Positions 10,229-21,037 are shown, counted from the stretch's first letter. The stretch is DNA of 64,000 nt from Promethearchaeota archaeon (GCA_048941285.1 JBHLNS010000006.1:32001-96000); one strand, 5' to 3'. The notes: generated by a model from the letters alone, not told the origin. A program made the numbers and translations.

Positions 10229-11017
10229 ATGAGCAATGGAATTTATTTTTTTGGTATCGATGTTGGAACATCCTATGTTAAGTCAGTTCTTATTGATATC
10301 CATAAAGAAATTTTGAGTTCATTTGTTAAACGTACTGGTATGTCAATAGAAAATTCCAGTAAACATTCTTTTCAAAAAGTTATTTCAGATGCAGGCATAT
10401 CCACAACAGCCATAAAATCTATTACAGCTACAGGATATGGAAAAAGTAAAGTTTTATTTGCTAATAATTATAAAACTGAAATAAGCTGCCATGCTAAAGG
10501 AGCATATCACTATTTTCCTAAAAAACTTACAATCATCGATATAGGAGGGCAGGATACTAAAGTTATTAAACTTGATGAACGGGGAAAAATCATACGGTTT
10601 AAAATGAATCGGAAATGTGCTGCAGGAACAGGGGCATTTATTGAAGAAATTGCTTATCGTCTTGATATTCCCCTAAAAGATTTAAATGACCTAGCCGCAA
10701 AGTCTACTTCAAATGTTCCACTTGCTAGTTTTTGTACCGTTTTTGCAAAAACCGAAATTCTTACTCGTATTAAAGATGGAGAAAAAGTAGAAGATTTAAT
10801 AAGAAGCGCGTTTGGTTCGGTAATAAAGAGGATTATTGAAATGACTGAGATTGAAGGCACAGTAGTTATTACAGGGGGTGTTATAGCTTATAACAGCATA
10901 ATTGGAGAAATCTTGAAAACAGAATTAAATGCAGATATTTTAATTCCACCTTGTCCGCAATTTATAGGTGCAATAGGAGCGGCTTTATATGGTTTAGATG
11001 GTCACAATCTTACCTAA
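10229..11017 (+). CDS. 2-hydroxyacyl-CoA dehydratase activator (ASKHA ATPase, HgdC/HadI/BadFG family)
   Basis: GIDVGT, ATGYG, DIGGQD.K, MNRKCAAGTGAF, CTVFA. Confidence 0.92.
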   Translation: MSNGIYFFGIDVGTSYVKSVLIDIHKEILSSFVKRTGMSIENSSKHSFQKVISDAGISTTAIKSITATGYGKSKVLFANNYKTEISCHAKGAYHYFPKKLTIIDIGGQDTKVIKLDERGKIIRFKMNRKCAAGTGAFIEEIAYRLDIPLKDLNDLAAKSTSNVPLASFCTVFAKTEILTRIKDGEKVEDLIRSAFGSVIKRIIEMTEIEGTVVITGGVIAYNSIIGEILKTELNADILIPPCPQFIGAIGAALYGLDGHNLT

Positions 11018-11060
11018 TTAGTATTAAAAAAAAGAAGAAATTAAGAAAAATTTAGCAGTT

Positions 11061-11579
11061 CTAACTTATTACTTTACCAAGTTCTTTTCTTGCTTTCTTA
11101 GTCCTCTCATTTGTGATGTAGAAACCGATAAAATATGCGATAATTACAAGAAGGAAAAGACAAATTGCTGATACATAAAACCAACGTCCTCTTTCACCTA
11201 CAACATCCATAATTATCCATTTAAGTAGCCAAGTTGCAAGCCCACCTATTATAACAAATATAATATCAAAAAATGCATTAACAAAAGTATCTCTCCTATT
11301 TTCATATTTTAGTCCTAGTCTCCATAGAACTGTGTTTTCAAAGATTTCCCAAATCACACCCGTAATAAGAACTAATAGTAAGATAAAATACCATGGTATA
11401 AGAGCGGGTCCTATTAATAATTCCCATATAGTTATAATTAGTGAAAATATTGAAAAAGAACCAATACCAAAGGCAATATGGCCCCAACTATAATAATCCC
11501 ATGGTGACCGGCCAACATAATCCTCTAAAAGGCCTATAAAAGGCAAATAATGTTTACTTTCTGATTCTTTATCTGACAT
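11061..11579 (-). CDS. membrane protein with H...WE...D motif (DUF2585-like)
   Basis: WDYYSWGH, WEIFEN, NAFFDI; 4-5 TM helices. Confidence 0.7.
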   Translation of the reverse strand: MSDKESESKHYLPFIGLLEDYVGRSPWDYYSWGHIAFGIGSFSIFSLIITIWELLIGPALIPWYFILLLVLITGVIWEIFENTVLWRLGLKYENRRDTFVNAFFDIIFVIIGGLATWLLKWIIMDVVGERGRWFYVSAICLFLLVIIAYFIGFYITNERTKKARKELGKVIS

Positions 11580-12174
11580 AATAATTCATTTTTTTTTGGA
11601 TATTTCTAATTAAAGTATGAATTATAAAGAAATAAATGGATTTATAATTGATCCTACTAATCGTTTGGTTAATCTTATTATAATTAATTAAATGTTTTTT
11701 AGTAATTAATTTAAATCTCTATTTTAATATGAATTAAGGTTCCTTAGGTGAATTTTAAAAATTAATAGAGAAACTAACAACCGAGTAAGCTTCTAAATTA
11801 ATTTGTCGGTTCCATTCGAAATTTTAAAACATAATCATTTTTGGGTATTTTAAAAAGATTTTACTCTTATTAAGATCTTAATAAAATTCAAAATTATTTT
11901 TCCTAAAATGAAGAGGAACAAAAATTTTTGAAAAACTTTGGAAAATACTTTTCAAAAAAATCTAATTATTTCGTTTTTCATGAGAGAAAAATTTTGTTTT
12001 TTAATTAAAATTATGGACTTTTTTAGCTTTTATTTTTAAAAAAAGGATGTAATAGAGAAATATAAAAAATATAGTCTCATAATGTTATCATAGCAATTAT
12101 ATTTACGGAATAATGGAACAGAACGTTCATAAGATTCACGAAACATTTATTAAGATGTTTGACTAGATACATAA

Positions 12175-12270
12175 TAGAAAAAAATTAATTTTTTTTCTAG
12201 TAGTGGAATGTAAAAGCCATATTTATTCCTCCACGAATAATAAAAACACATTCCATTACTCCATTTTTTT
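12175..12270 (+). ncRNA. candidate small structured RNA
   Basis: TATA-like AAACATTTATTAAGATG at 12141-12157; 13-bp stem 12199-12211/12248-12260; inner stem 12223-12228/12235-12240; oligo-T at 12264-12271. Confidence 0.4.
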
Positions 12271-12390
12271 TCATAAGCAATAATCTTTTTTATATCCTAT
12301 AAATTATTGCTAAGTTTAATTTTGTAAATATAGCTTAATTAACTAATAACATAGTTTTAAGAAACCTTTTATATTTAATACCTCTTCATG

Positions 12391-13584
12391 TTAATCTATA
12401 GCTTTGCTTTTCATAAATTCTTTAATAAGTGCAGGTAGAACTTCATGTAGGTCAGCTACTATCCCATAATGAGCCACATTAAAAATAGGAGCATTTGGAT
12501 CTTTATTAATTGCTACAATAATTTCTGAATTCTGCATTCCAACTAAATGTTGAATCGCTCCGGATATTCCACATGCAATATACAATTTCGGTGAAACAGT
12601 TTTTCCAGTCTGACCTATTTGTCTATCTTGATTAAGCCAATTTAATTCAACAGTCACTCTCGATCCTCCTAACTCAGCACCTAAAATTTCTGCTAATTTT
12701 TCTATTATTTTAAAATTCTCCTTTGAGCCAACTCCTCGCCCTCCTGCTATAATAATATCTGCATCCTCAAGATTTACTTGTTCTTTATGTTTAGTAATAA
12801 CTTTAAGGATTTTAGTAACTGAATCTTTTTGTTTAAAGTCGTAGTCTATCTTTCTTATCTTTACTTTTCTTTTTACGCTTTTTAATGCCTTGAATGTACC
12901 AGGTCTTACAGTTGCCACTTGCGGTCTACTATTTGGAGTCCTTATAGTAGCCATTATATTACCTCCAAAAGTTGGACGTGTTTGTAATAAATTTCGAGTA
13001 TATAAATCAATATCTAAACCTGTACAGTCTGCGGTTAAACCGGCATTAAGCCTTTTAGCCATTCTTGGTGCAAAATCTCTACCCGTTGGAGTTGCACCAA
13101 TTAAAACGATTTCTGGTTTATTTTCTTGTATTAATTCTGTTAGTACTTGAACATACAAATCAGAATAGTAATGTTTCAATATTGGTGATTTTATGTAAAT
13201 TATTTCATCAGCACCATATTGGGTTAAATTCTTCAGTTCTTCATCAATATTAGCAGCAAGAATTATAAGTGATAAACCTACTTCTAGCAAATCTGCTAAT
13301 TCTCTCCCTTTTCCTAACAATTGAAAGGCTACTGGGTGAATTTCATTGTTGTAATGTTCTGCTATGACCCAAACTCCACTATAATCAGAAAGATCCTTCT
13401 TTTCAATAATCTTACTTTCTATTGTGATTGCCTCGACAGGACAGACTTCTATACAGGCACCGCAAAGATTACATTTTTCATTCATAACAGCCTTATTATC
13501 AATTATTTCAATTCCTCCATAGGGACAGTTATCTAAGCAACTAGCACATCCAGTACACAGTTCATCATCAATTATAATGCTCAA
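12391..13584 (-). CDS. etfA: electron transfer flavoprotein alpha subunit with N-terminal 2x[4Fe-4S] ferredoxin
   Basis: CTGCASCLDNCP and CNLCGACIEVCP; RPTFGG; QIGQTGKTV.P.LY.A.GISGA.QH. Confidence 0.95.
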   Translation of the reverse strand: MSIIIDDELCTGCASCLDNCPYGGIEIIDNKAVMNEKCNLCGACIEVCPVEAITIESKIIEKKDLSDYSGVWVIAEHYNNEIHPVAFQLLGKGRELADLLEVGLSLIILAANIDEELKNLTQYGADEIIYIKSPILKHYYSDLYVQVLTELIQENKPEIVLIGATPTGRDFAPRMAKRLNAGLTADCTGLDIDLYTRNLLQTRPTFGGNIMATIRTPNSRPQVATVRPGTFKALKSVKRKVKIRKIDYDFKQKDSVTKILKVITKHKEQVNLEDADIIIAGGRGVGSKENFKIIEKLAEILGAELGGSRVTVELNWLNQDRQIGQTGKTVSPKLYIACGISGAIQHLVGMQNSEIIVAINKDPNAPIFNVAHYGIVADLHEVLPALIKEFMKSKAID

Positions 13585-13597
13585 TCTTAAAAACTCC

Positions 13598-14416
13598 TTA
13601 TATTACTTTATCATTCTTTAGATTTCTCAATAATTTTTGTGTAATTTCTTCTATTGTTCCCTCTAAGATAATTCGATCTCCCTTTCTTTCCGGAGTAAAT
13701 ATTTTCCACACTTCTGTCATTGAACCCTTTAAACCTATTTTAGACTCCTCGGCATTAAGCGCTTTTGCATCTAAATATGAGATTTGCTTTTTTTCATATG
13801 CTCCTATTATTCCTAACATGGACGGATATCTTGGTATATTGATCTCCTTCAAAACAGAAATCAAAGCTGGTAATTTAGTTTCGATAATCACGACTTCTTC
13901 TTTTCGAAAAGCTCTTTGAACAATTATGGCATCTTCTTTCAGCTCAAACTTTTGAACATAAGTGATTTGCGGGATCTCTAATTCTTCGGCAATCATAGAT
14001 CCAACTTGAGCTGTATCCCCGTCTATTGCATTAGTGCCACAAATAACAAGGAATTTTTCACAATTTCTAGATTCCTTTAGAATTTTGTTAATTGCTAGGG
14101 ATAAAGTATATGATGTTGCGAGCGTATCCGCACCCGCAAAAAGTCTATCTGTTAATAAATATGCTTGATCTGCACCCATAGCTAAGGCTTCGCGTAAGAT
14201 CTCTTCTGCTTGAGGTGGACCCATACTTATTGTAATTACTTCTGCACCGTACATCTCCTTTATCGATAGAGCTAATTCAATCGCATTTTTATCAAGTGGA
14301 TTTATAATAGATGGTATACCTTCTCTAACTAGGGTATTAGTTTTAGGATCGATCTTAACTTCTGGTACAGCTGGTACTTGTTTAATGCAAACAAAGACTT
14401 GAAATTTTTTTTTCAT
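13598..14416 (-). CDS. etfB: electron transfer flavoprotein beta subunit
   Basis: VCIKQVP, NPLD, MGPP, FAGADTLATS, DGDTAQVG. Confidence 0.95.
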   Translation of the reverse strand: MKKKFQVFVCIKQVPAVPEVKIDPKTNTLVREGIPSIINPLDKNAIELALSIKEMYGAEVITISMGPPQAEEILREALAMGADQAYLLTDRLFAGADTLATSYTLSLAINKILKESRNCEKFLVICGTNAIDGDTAQVGSMIAEELEIPQITYVQKFELKEDAIIVQRAFRKEEVVIIETKLPALISVLKEINIPRYPSMLGIIGAYEKKQISYLDAKALNAEESKIGLKGSMTEVWKIFTPERKGDRIILEGTIEEITQKLLRNLKNDKVI

Positions 14417-15573
14417 TATTGAATTCCTTTTCGTAATAGATGATTAGCTATTACTAACCTCTGAATTTCAGAAGTACCTTCATAAATTTCTCCCATTTTA
14501 GCATCACGGAAATATCTCTCAACAGGATATGCTTTCATCAGTCCATAGCCTCCATGTATTTGAACTGCATCATGTGCTGCTTGCATTGCAGCTTCAGATG
14601 CCACTAATTTTGCCATCGAACTTGTATACCCATATTCTTTTCCTTTATCACATAAGTATGCAGCTTTATAAGTAATTAAACGACCAGATTCAACCGTACA
14701 TGCCATATTGGAGATCATCCATTGTATTCCTTGAAATCTTCCTATAGGCTGTCCGAATTGAACTCTTTCATTTGCATATTTAATAGAAGCTTCTAATGCT
14801 GCTTGTCCTAACCCCACACATTGAGCAGCTATAGAGATCCTCCCAAAATCTAAGGTTTGCATTGCTAATTTGAATCCTTCTCCTCTCTTACCCAAAATAT
14901 TCTCCTCTGGGACACGAACATCTTGAAAAACCAATTCTGATGTATCTGAACCTCGAACTCCTAATTTATCTTCTTTTACACCAACAGAATAACCAGGAGT
15001 GTCAGTATTAACTATAAAAATTGTTAATTCCTTTCTTTTATTTATTTCTCCAGTTTTTGCTACAACTAATAATGTCTTTGCAATACCTCCATTTGTAGCA
15101 AATATTTTACTTCCATTTAAAATCCATTCATTACCATCCTTTTCTGCTTTTAATTGCACTCCAGCGGCATCAGAACCTGCATTAGCTTCTGTTAAACAAA
15201 AAGCCCCGATTTTTTCTCCTTTAGCTAATGGAACTAAGAATTTTTTCTTTTGTTCTTCAGTTCCAAATCGATAAAGGGGGCTTGCAACAACAGAACAATG
15301 AACTCCTGTGGTGATCGACCAAGAAGCATCCACTCGTCCAATTTCTTCTGTGACGATACAAAAACTTAATGTATCATTATGAAGACCTGCCCCCCCATAC
15401 TCTTCTGGGATACAAGTGCCAAAGTAATTCATTTCTTTCATCTTTTCCATAACTATGGGATCTAATTCTTGCTTATGGTCGCTCTCTTGGGCTACAGGCG
15501 CAATATATTTCTCAGCAAATTCTCGTGTAACTTTCTTTAACATTTTTTGCTTTTCAGTTAAGCTAAAATCCAT
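14416..15573 (-). CDS. bcd: acyl-CoA dehydrogenase (butyryl-CoA dehydrogenase-like)
   Basis: FCLTEANAGSD, NGSKIFATNG, R.QFG, QIHGGYG, IYEGTSEIQR. Confidence 0.93.
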   Translation of the reverse strand: MDFSLTEKQKMLKKVTREFAEKYIAPVAQESDHKQELDPIVMEKMKEMNYFGTCIPEEYGGAGLHNDTLSFCIVTEEIGRVDASWSITTGVHCSVVASPLYRFGTEEQKKKFLVPLAKGEKIGAFCLTEANAGSDAAGVQLKAEKDGNEWILNGSKIFATNGGIAKTLLVVAKTGEINKRKELTIFIVNTDTPGYSVGVKEDKLGVRGSDTSELVFQDVRVPEENILGKRGEGFKLAMQTLDFGRISIAAQCVGLGQAALEASIKYANERVQFGQPIGRFQGIQWMISNMACTVESGRLITYKAAYLCDKGKEYGYTSSMAKLVASEAAMQAAHDAVQIHGGYGLMKAYPVERYFRDAKMGEIYEGTSEIQRLVIANHLLRKGIQ

Positions 15574-15900
15574 AATAAATCAACAATTTCTTTACTCTTT
15601 TATCTAAATTGTACTTTTGATGTAATCTATTTGAAAAAATTAGTTAATAATCATAATTATATTTTATTAAATTTTTAACACATAGGAGTGAAGGCTACTT
15701 GTTGTTTATTATCTTAACATTAAGTAAGGATATATTTGTACACAATTTTTATATATTAATGAAATTAAACTATATATTAAACTACTTAATTAAATAAATA
15801 AGTTTTTAAGCAAAATTAAAAACAGAACGAATATTGTTTACTCTTGTTTTTGAGATTGTTTTTTAAAAAATTTTACCTAAAAAAGAGGAAAGAAATTAAA

Positions 15901-17178
15901 ATGGAAATTGAACAAGTTTTTTTAAAACTTTTTGGGAGGAATCTCATAAGTTATAAAAAGCTTGAAAATGGCCAAGTAAAAGGTTCAGGGATTCTTAATC
16001 CCATCCTCGATAGATTTGTAGTATACCGTTTAATTTTTATGCTTCTATTACAAGCAAGTTTCTATAAACAATATAATAACATAGGGAAATGGAAAGGAAA
16101 GTATCAGGTAGCAAATACATTTGCTCCCCCAGTCGGAAGCAAACCAATGTTTCGTGCTTTAAAAGGATTAATAAAATCACAACTGATGCCTTATCCATTT
16201 CCATTAGCAATGACTTTCGCTGTTAGTTATAAATGTCAATGTAATTGTGTTCATTGCAGTGCTGGAAAGCATCTTAGGAAAGATAGGAAGGAACTTACCA
16301 CAGAAGAGGCGAAGAAACTAATAGATGAAGCTCAGGATTTAGGAGTATCTATTATTACTTTTACTGGAGGAGAGCCTTTATTACGTGAAGACATTTTCGA
16401 ACTTATTTCTTATGTAGATACCAAAAAAGCAATGCCAATGATGTTTACAAATGGAGAGTTTCTCACAGATGAAAATGTGGAGAAACTAGCGGATGCAGGT
16501 CTCTATTCAGTTTTTTTAAGTATAGATTCGCCTAATCCAGAAGAACATGATACTTTACGAAGAAGACCTGGGCTCTTCGAGATTGCAATCGAAGGTCTTT
16601 TAAAAGCTAAATCAAAAGGAATTTTTGTGGGATTTTCTAGTTATGCTACCCACACAGGTGCCGATCGAGGTATATATCAGCAGCTATATAAGTATGGGAA
16701 AGAATTAGGGGTTCAAAATATCTTACTTTTCGATTGTGTACCAACTGGAAAAATGTTACATGATACAAGTGAAATGTTAACATTTGAACAGAGGGAAGTG
16801 CTACATCAATTCTCTGCTGAAAAATTCAGAAACAGTGACCTACCGCCACTTTCGTCACAAAGTTGGCAAAATTCTGTAGAGGCATATTTATCGGGAATAG
16901 GATGTTTAGGAGGAAATATTCAGTTCTACGCTTCTGCTTATGGAGATATTTGTCCTTGTGATTTCGCTCCTCTTTCTTTTGGAAATGTTCGAAAAGAGTC
17001 ACTAAAAAAGATATGGATGCGAATGGTAAAACACCCCGCTTATAATCATCGAGTCCCATTCTGTAGAATGCAAAATCCAGGTTTCAGAAAGTATTACATT
17101 GATCCTATTCCTGATGATGCATATTTGCCTTACCCTATAAATAAACTTCCAAGCGTAGATTATCGGATAGAGAATTAG
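15901..17178 (+). CDS. radical SAM protein with SPASM/twitch domain
   Basis: CQCNCVHC (CxxxCxxC), TGGEP, GCLGG...GDICPCDF; ATG at 15901 follows GAGG (ORF track start 15844). Confidence 0.88.
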   Translation: MEIEQVFLKLFGRNLISYKKLENGQVKGSGILNPILDRFVVYRLIFMLLLQASFYKQYNNIGKWKGKYQVANTFAPPVGSKPMFRALKGLIKSQLMPYPFPLAMTFAVSYKCQCNCVHCSAGKHLRKDRKELTTEEAKKLIDEAQDLGVSIITFTGGEPLLREDIFELISYVDTKKAMPMMFTNGEFLTDENVEKLADAGLYSVFLSIDSPNPEEHDTLRRRPGLFEIAIEGLLKAKSKGIFVGFSSYATHTGADRGIYQQLYKYGKELGVQNILLFDCVPTGKMLHDTSEMLTFEQREVLHQFSAEKFRNSDLPPLSSQSWQNSVEAYLSGIGCLGGNIQFYASAYGDICPCDFAPLSFGNVRKESLKKIWMRMVKHPAYNHRVPFCRMQNPGFRKYYIDPIPDDAYLPYPINKLPSVDYRIEN

Positions 17179-17235
17179 TTTATTCTATTTTCCCTATACT
17201 TATATTTTTAAAAAAAAAAATTAAAATATATTTAT

Positions 17236-17961
17236 TTAATCCATTTTTAATAATTTTTTTACCCAGTTAGGTAATACTAACCCGATATAAAATTCAAGAG
17301 AGCTTGATAATAAGATTAACCTTGCTATAAGATATGTAATCGGTGTCGGTATTGCAAAATCTAATACTGTGCCAATAGTGAAAGAAATGAAAGCTATCAA
17401 GAGAAATTTGCCTTTCATGTGTATATCTAGTTCTTCAGAGCGAAGAGAAACTCTAGAAAAGGGTATACCAACTAGTAAAAAGACTATCAAACTAAATATA
17501 AAATATATTTGACTGGGGATAGACCACTCTAGAATAAAAATGTCTTCGAATGCTGCAATAAAAGACAAATCTATAAAGAGAAAGATAAAGAAGTAGATTT
17601 CGTATGCTATATTAGCACAGACATCGATAATAAAAAAGATTTTCTTATTCTTTTTATTTAGTGGTAATACTTTTAGAAAAGCAATGAGTCCTATAGTAAT
17701 TGTTATGGGTAAAAATGCAATACCTAAAACTACATATATTGCTATATTAATAGCTCCACCAGTTACAAGAACCATTATAAAAGTAATTATATTTGGCCAC
17801 CAAGGAGTTGTCATTCCAATCCAAAATATGCCAAATAACAGAAATTCATTTCTTTTAAGCTCAAAATATCTTGACACTATTCTTAATCCAAGTATAATTG
17901 ATATAACTACGAACAATATAGTTAGGCTTCCATGTAATACTTCTAATAGGTCTAAGACCAT
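17236..17961 (-). CDS. hypothetical 7-TM membrane protein
   Basis: 241 aa with about 7 hydrophobic helices; no catalytic motif recognised. Confidence 0.75.
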   Translation of the reverse strand: MVLDLLEVLHGSLTILFVVISIILGLRIVSRYFELKRNEFLLFGIFWIGMTTPWWPNIITFIMVLVTGGAINIAIYVVLGIAFLPITITIGLIAFLKVLPLNKKNKKIFFIIDVCANIAYEIYFFIFLFIDLSFIAAFEDIFILEWSIPSQIYFIFSLIVFLLVGIPFSRVSLRSEELDIHMKGKFLLIAFISFTIGTVLDFAIPTPITYLIARLILLSSSLEFYIGLVLPNWVKKLLKMD

Positions 17962-18142
17962 GCAAAATCACTGTAATTTAATTTTTTTGTTAAAAGTCAT
18001 TTTTTTAAATATAATCTTTATACAATAAAACCCTTAATATAGCTTTATTCACTGATTTTCCAATATTGTCAATAAGCTAAACAACGATTTATAATTAGGA
18101 ATTATAATTAGAATTAAATCTACAACAAGCATTATTTAAAAT

Positions 18143-18952
18143 ATGGATAGTGAAGATCAACATTTTGAGGTTTCAAAACTTAAGGATTATCTATATGTAA
18201 TAAAAGAAAATATCTCGTTAGTCCATCCTGTTTATACTAATGATCCTCTTAATATGTATTTACTTTTAGGATCTCATACAGCTCTTTTAATTGATACAGG
18301 ATGTGGCCTTTCACCTCTAAAACCAATCGTAGATAAGTTGGTAGGTGAGAAAAAACTTTTAGTTTTCAATACTCACTATCATTGGGATCACCCTCTAGGT
18401 AATGTGGAATTTAAAGAGGTATATATTCATGAAAATGAATTAGATATTGTTTCAAAACCTTATGATGTTTCATATTTTAAAGATTCTCCTAATAAAATTG
18501 TACGGATATATGCAGAACAGAATTTTTTAATCCCACCAGCCAAAATAGTTAGGCCCTTAAAAGATGGAGATAAGTTTAATTTGGGCGAAATAAAATTAAA
18601 AGTGATTCATTGTCCTGGCCATTCTCCTGGCTCTATATGCTTGTTAACATCATCAGGTGAGCTTTTTACTAGTGATGTTGCTTATTATGGAGATCAGTTC
18701 CTACCTAAAAAAGAGATGTTTCCTCAAGTTCTTAAAACTCTTTCTAAATTAATAGCGTTATGTGAAATGGAAAAAAATCTTGAACTTTATCCATCTCATA
18801 GAAAGTGTCCGTGTGATAAGACTCTTTTAACAGATTTATACAATGAAATTGAAAATATAGAGAATTTATGGGATACGAAAAAAGCCTTTGATTTCTTTGA
18901 AGCTTGGCAGATTGATGGTAATAAATTTAGATTCTTTATATCTCGAAGGTAA
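18143..18952 (+). CDS. MBL-fold metallo-hydrolase
   Basis: LIDTG, THYHWDH, PGHSPGS, PSH. Confidence 0.9.
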   Translation: MDSEDQHFEVSKLKDYLYVIKENISLVHPVYTNDPLNMYLLLGSHTALLIDTGCGLSPLKPIVDKLVGEKKLLVFNTHYHWDHPLGNVEFKEVYIHENELDIVSKPYDVSYFKDSPNKIVRIYAEQNFLIPPAKIVRPLKDGDKFNLGEIKLKVIHCPGHSPGSICLLTSSGELFTSDVAYYGDQFLPKKEMFPQVLKTLSKLIALCEMEKNLELYPSHRKCPCDKTLLTDLYNEIENIENLWDTKKAFDFFEAWQIDGNKFRFFISRR

Positions 18953-19110
18953 AATATATCTTTTCTATTATAATTCTATATTTTATAATACAAATCCTAA
19001 AATAATCAAAAAATTTTTTTTAAACTCATAAAGATATTATAAGATTCTTTTAAAATCTTGAAATATGAAAACGCTAATAGTAAAAAAGTTAAATATAAAA
19101 GTGTATTATT

Positions 19111-20619
19111 ATGGAAGATGTTTCAGAATTTTCTGTAATGAAAGAAGGTATAAATTATAAATATTATTTAAATGGGCAATGGCAAAAATCAACTTCAGAT
19201 AAAGTAATACCTGTTTATAATCCATATAATCATGAACTAATTGGAAACATACAAGCTTGTACAAAGAATGAGGTAGATGAACTTATACAAGCAGCTCATG
19301 AAAATATCAATTGTTGGGACAACATACCTTTAAATAAGCGAGCGGATATTTTAAATAAAGCAGCTGATTTAATGTTAAAGTGGTCAAAATCTTTAGGCTT
19401 TTTATTAATGAAGGAGATAGGAAAACCAATTAATAGTGCAATATCTGAAATTATCCGAACAGCAGAAATTTTTAAAGCAACTGCAGATTCAAGCTTGCAG
19501 GTATCAGGTGAAACAATTTTAGGTGACGCTTTTGAAGGTTATACGAAAGAAAAAGTATCTATGACATATAGAGTTCCATTAGGAGTTGTTTTATGTATAG
19601 GGCCATTTAATTACCCATTTAATTTAACTGGTTCTAAAATTGCTCCAGCACTTATTGCAGGGAATACTGTGGTAATGAAACCTCCAACTCAAGGGCCTAT
19701 AACCGCCCTTCATTTTGGAATTATTTTGGAAAAAGCCGGTGTACCTCCTGGAGCATTTCACATCATAACCGGCCGTGGATCAGAGATTGGAGATTATTTA
19801 GTTAGTCATCCTTTGATAGATATGATTAATTTCACTGGATCTTCTGAAACTGGGAAAAGTTTAGCAAAAGTTGCAGGGATGAAACCTTTATTACTTGAAT
19901 TAGGAGGAAAAGACGCTGCAATAGTGTTAGACGATGCTGATTTAGAAATTACTGTACAAGCAATAGTTTCAGGCGCTTTTTCTTATAGCGGGCAACGTTG
20001 TACTGCCGTAAAACGAGTATTACCAATGCCTGGTATAGCTAATAAATTAATTGAAAAAGTAACAAAAGAAACTCTTAAGTTATCAGTAGGAGATCCAGCA
20101 GAAAACAAAACAATTGGACCACTTATAAGTTCAGAACAATGTAATTATGTTGAAGGTTTAATAAACGATGCAATTGATAAGGGAGCAACCTTAAAATGTG
20201 GAAATAAACGCGAAGGTAATATTATCTGGCCTACAATTTTAGATAATGTTAATACTAATATGAGGATCGCTTGGGAAGAACCTTTCGGACCAGTGCTTCC
20301 TTTTATTCGTATTAAAAGTGCTGAAGAAGCTATAGAAATTTCAAATAAATCAGAATATGGCCTTCAAGGAATGATTTTTACAAATGATATTGATCTTGCA
20401 TTTAATATTGCACAAGAATTAGAGGTCGGAACTGTTCAAATTAACGGGAAGAGTGCTCGTGGTCCAGATCATTTTCCTTTTTTAGGAACCAAATCTTCTG
20501 GTCTAGGTACTCAAGGTATAAGATATTCTATCGAAGCTATGAGCCGCCCCAAAGTGGTAGTTATCAATCTTTCTGAAAAGGGAAAATTAGTAAAACAATG
20601 TTTTTCTCCAAATGAATAG
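19111..20619 (+). CDS. gapN: NADP-dependent non-phosphorylating glyceraldehyde-3-phosphate dehydrogenase
   Basis: ALDH motifs PFNYP, KPPTQG, ELGGKD, FSYSGQRCTAVKR, EEPFGP, RGPDHFPF. Confidence 0.88.
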   Translation: MEDVSEFSVMKEGINYKYYLNGQWQKSTSDKVIPVYNPYNHELIGNIQACTKNEVDELIQAAHENINCWDNIPLNKRADILNKAADLMLKWSKSLGFLLMKEIGKPINSAISEIIRTAEIFKATADSSLQVSGETILGDAFEGYTKEKVSMTYRVPLGVVLCIGPFNYPFNLTGSKIAPALIAGNTVVMKPPTQGPITALHFGIILEKAGVPPGAFHIITGRGSEIGDYLVSHPLIDMINFTGSSETGKSLAKVAGMKPLLLELGGKDAAIVLDDADLEITVQAIVSGAFSYSGQRCTAVKRVLPMPGIANKLIEKVTKETLKLSVGDPAENKTIGPLISSEQCNYVEGLINDAIDKGATLKCGNKREGNIIWPTILDNVNTNMRIAWEEPFGPVLPFIRIKSAEEAIEISNKSEYGLQGMIFTNDIDLAFNIAQELEVGTVQINGKSARGPDHFPFLGTKSSGLGTQGIRYSIEAMSRPKVVVINLSEKGKLVKQCFSPNE

Positions 20620-20845
20620 ATTAAGTTTCGAGCCGAAAATGAATTAAATTGAATGAAATTATGAACTTCTCAAATCTTTGAAAATAAAAATATTTAATAG
20701 GTAAGGATTTTCAAAGTTATAGATATCTTGGTAATTTTTACTAATCTTGAATGAATCCTCCAAAATCACCTTTAAGAAACATAATTTTTTCTGAAAATTT
20801 AAAAAAAGAGAAAGATAATGAATTTAATAAAAACACAATAAAAAA

Positions 20846-21037
20846 ATGATTCCAAGAAAAATTATTGAAGGATTAGTAGACAATTATGTTTATGTCTACA
20901 TTAAAAATTTAGGTAAAGAATTTGCTGGAAAAATTAATTCTATAACTGATTCGGATATAGTTGTTTTAGAAGATAAAAATGAGAATCTCTCTTATATTCC
21001 AATTTCAGAAATAACTGTCATTACTGAACGAAGATAA
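20846..21037 (+). CDS. small Sm/Lsm-like beta-barrel protein
   Basis: 63 aa; helix followed by VYVY...EFAGKI....DIVVLED...YIPISEI.VI. Confidence 0.6.
   Translation: MIPRKIIEGLVDNYVYVYIKNLGKEFAGKINSITDSDIVVLEDKNENLSYIPISEITVITERR

Noticed and set aside
20659-20770. Minus-strand 34 aa ORF with a GGTGA upstream
   Set aside because: The RBS is only 2 nt from the TTG and the peptide has no features
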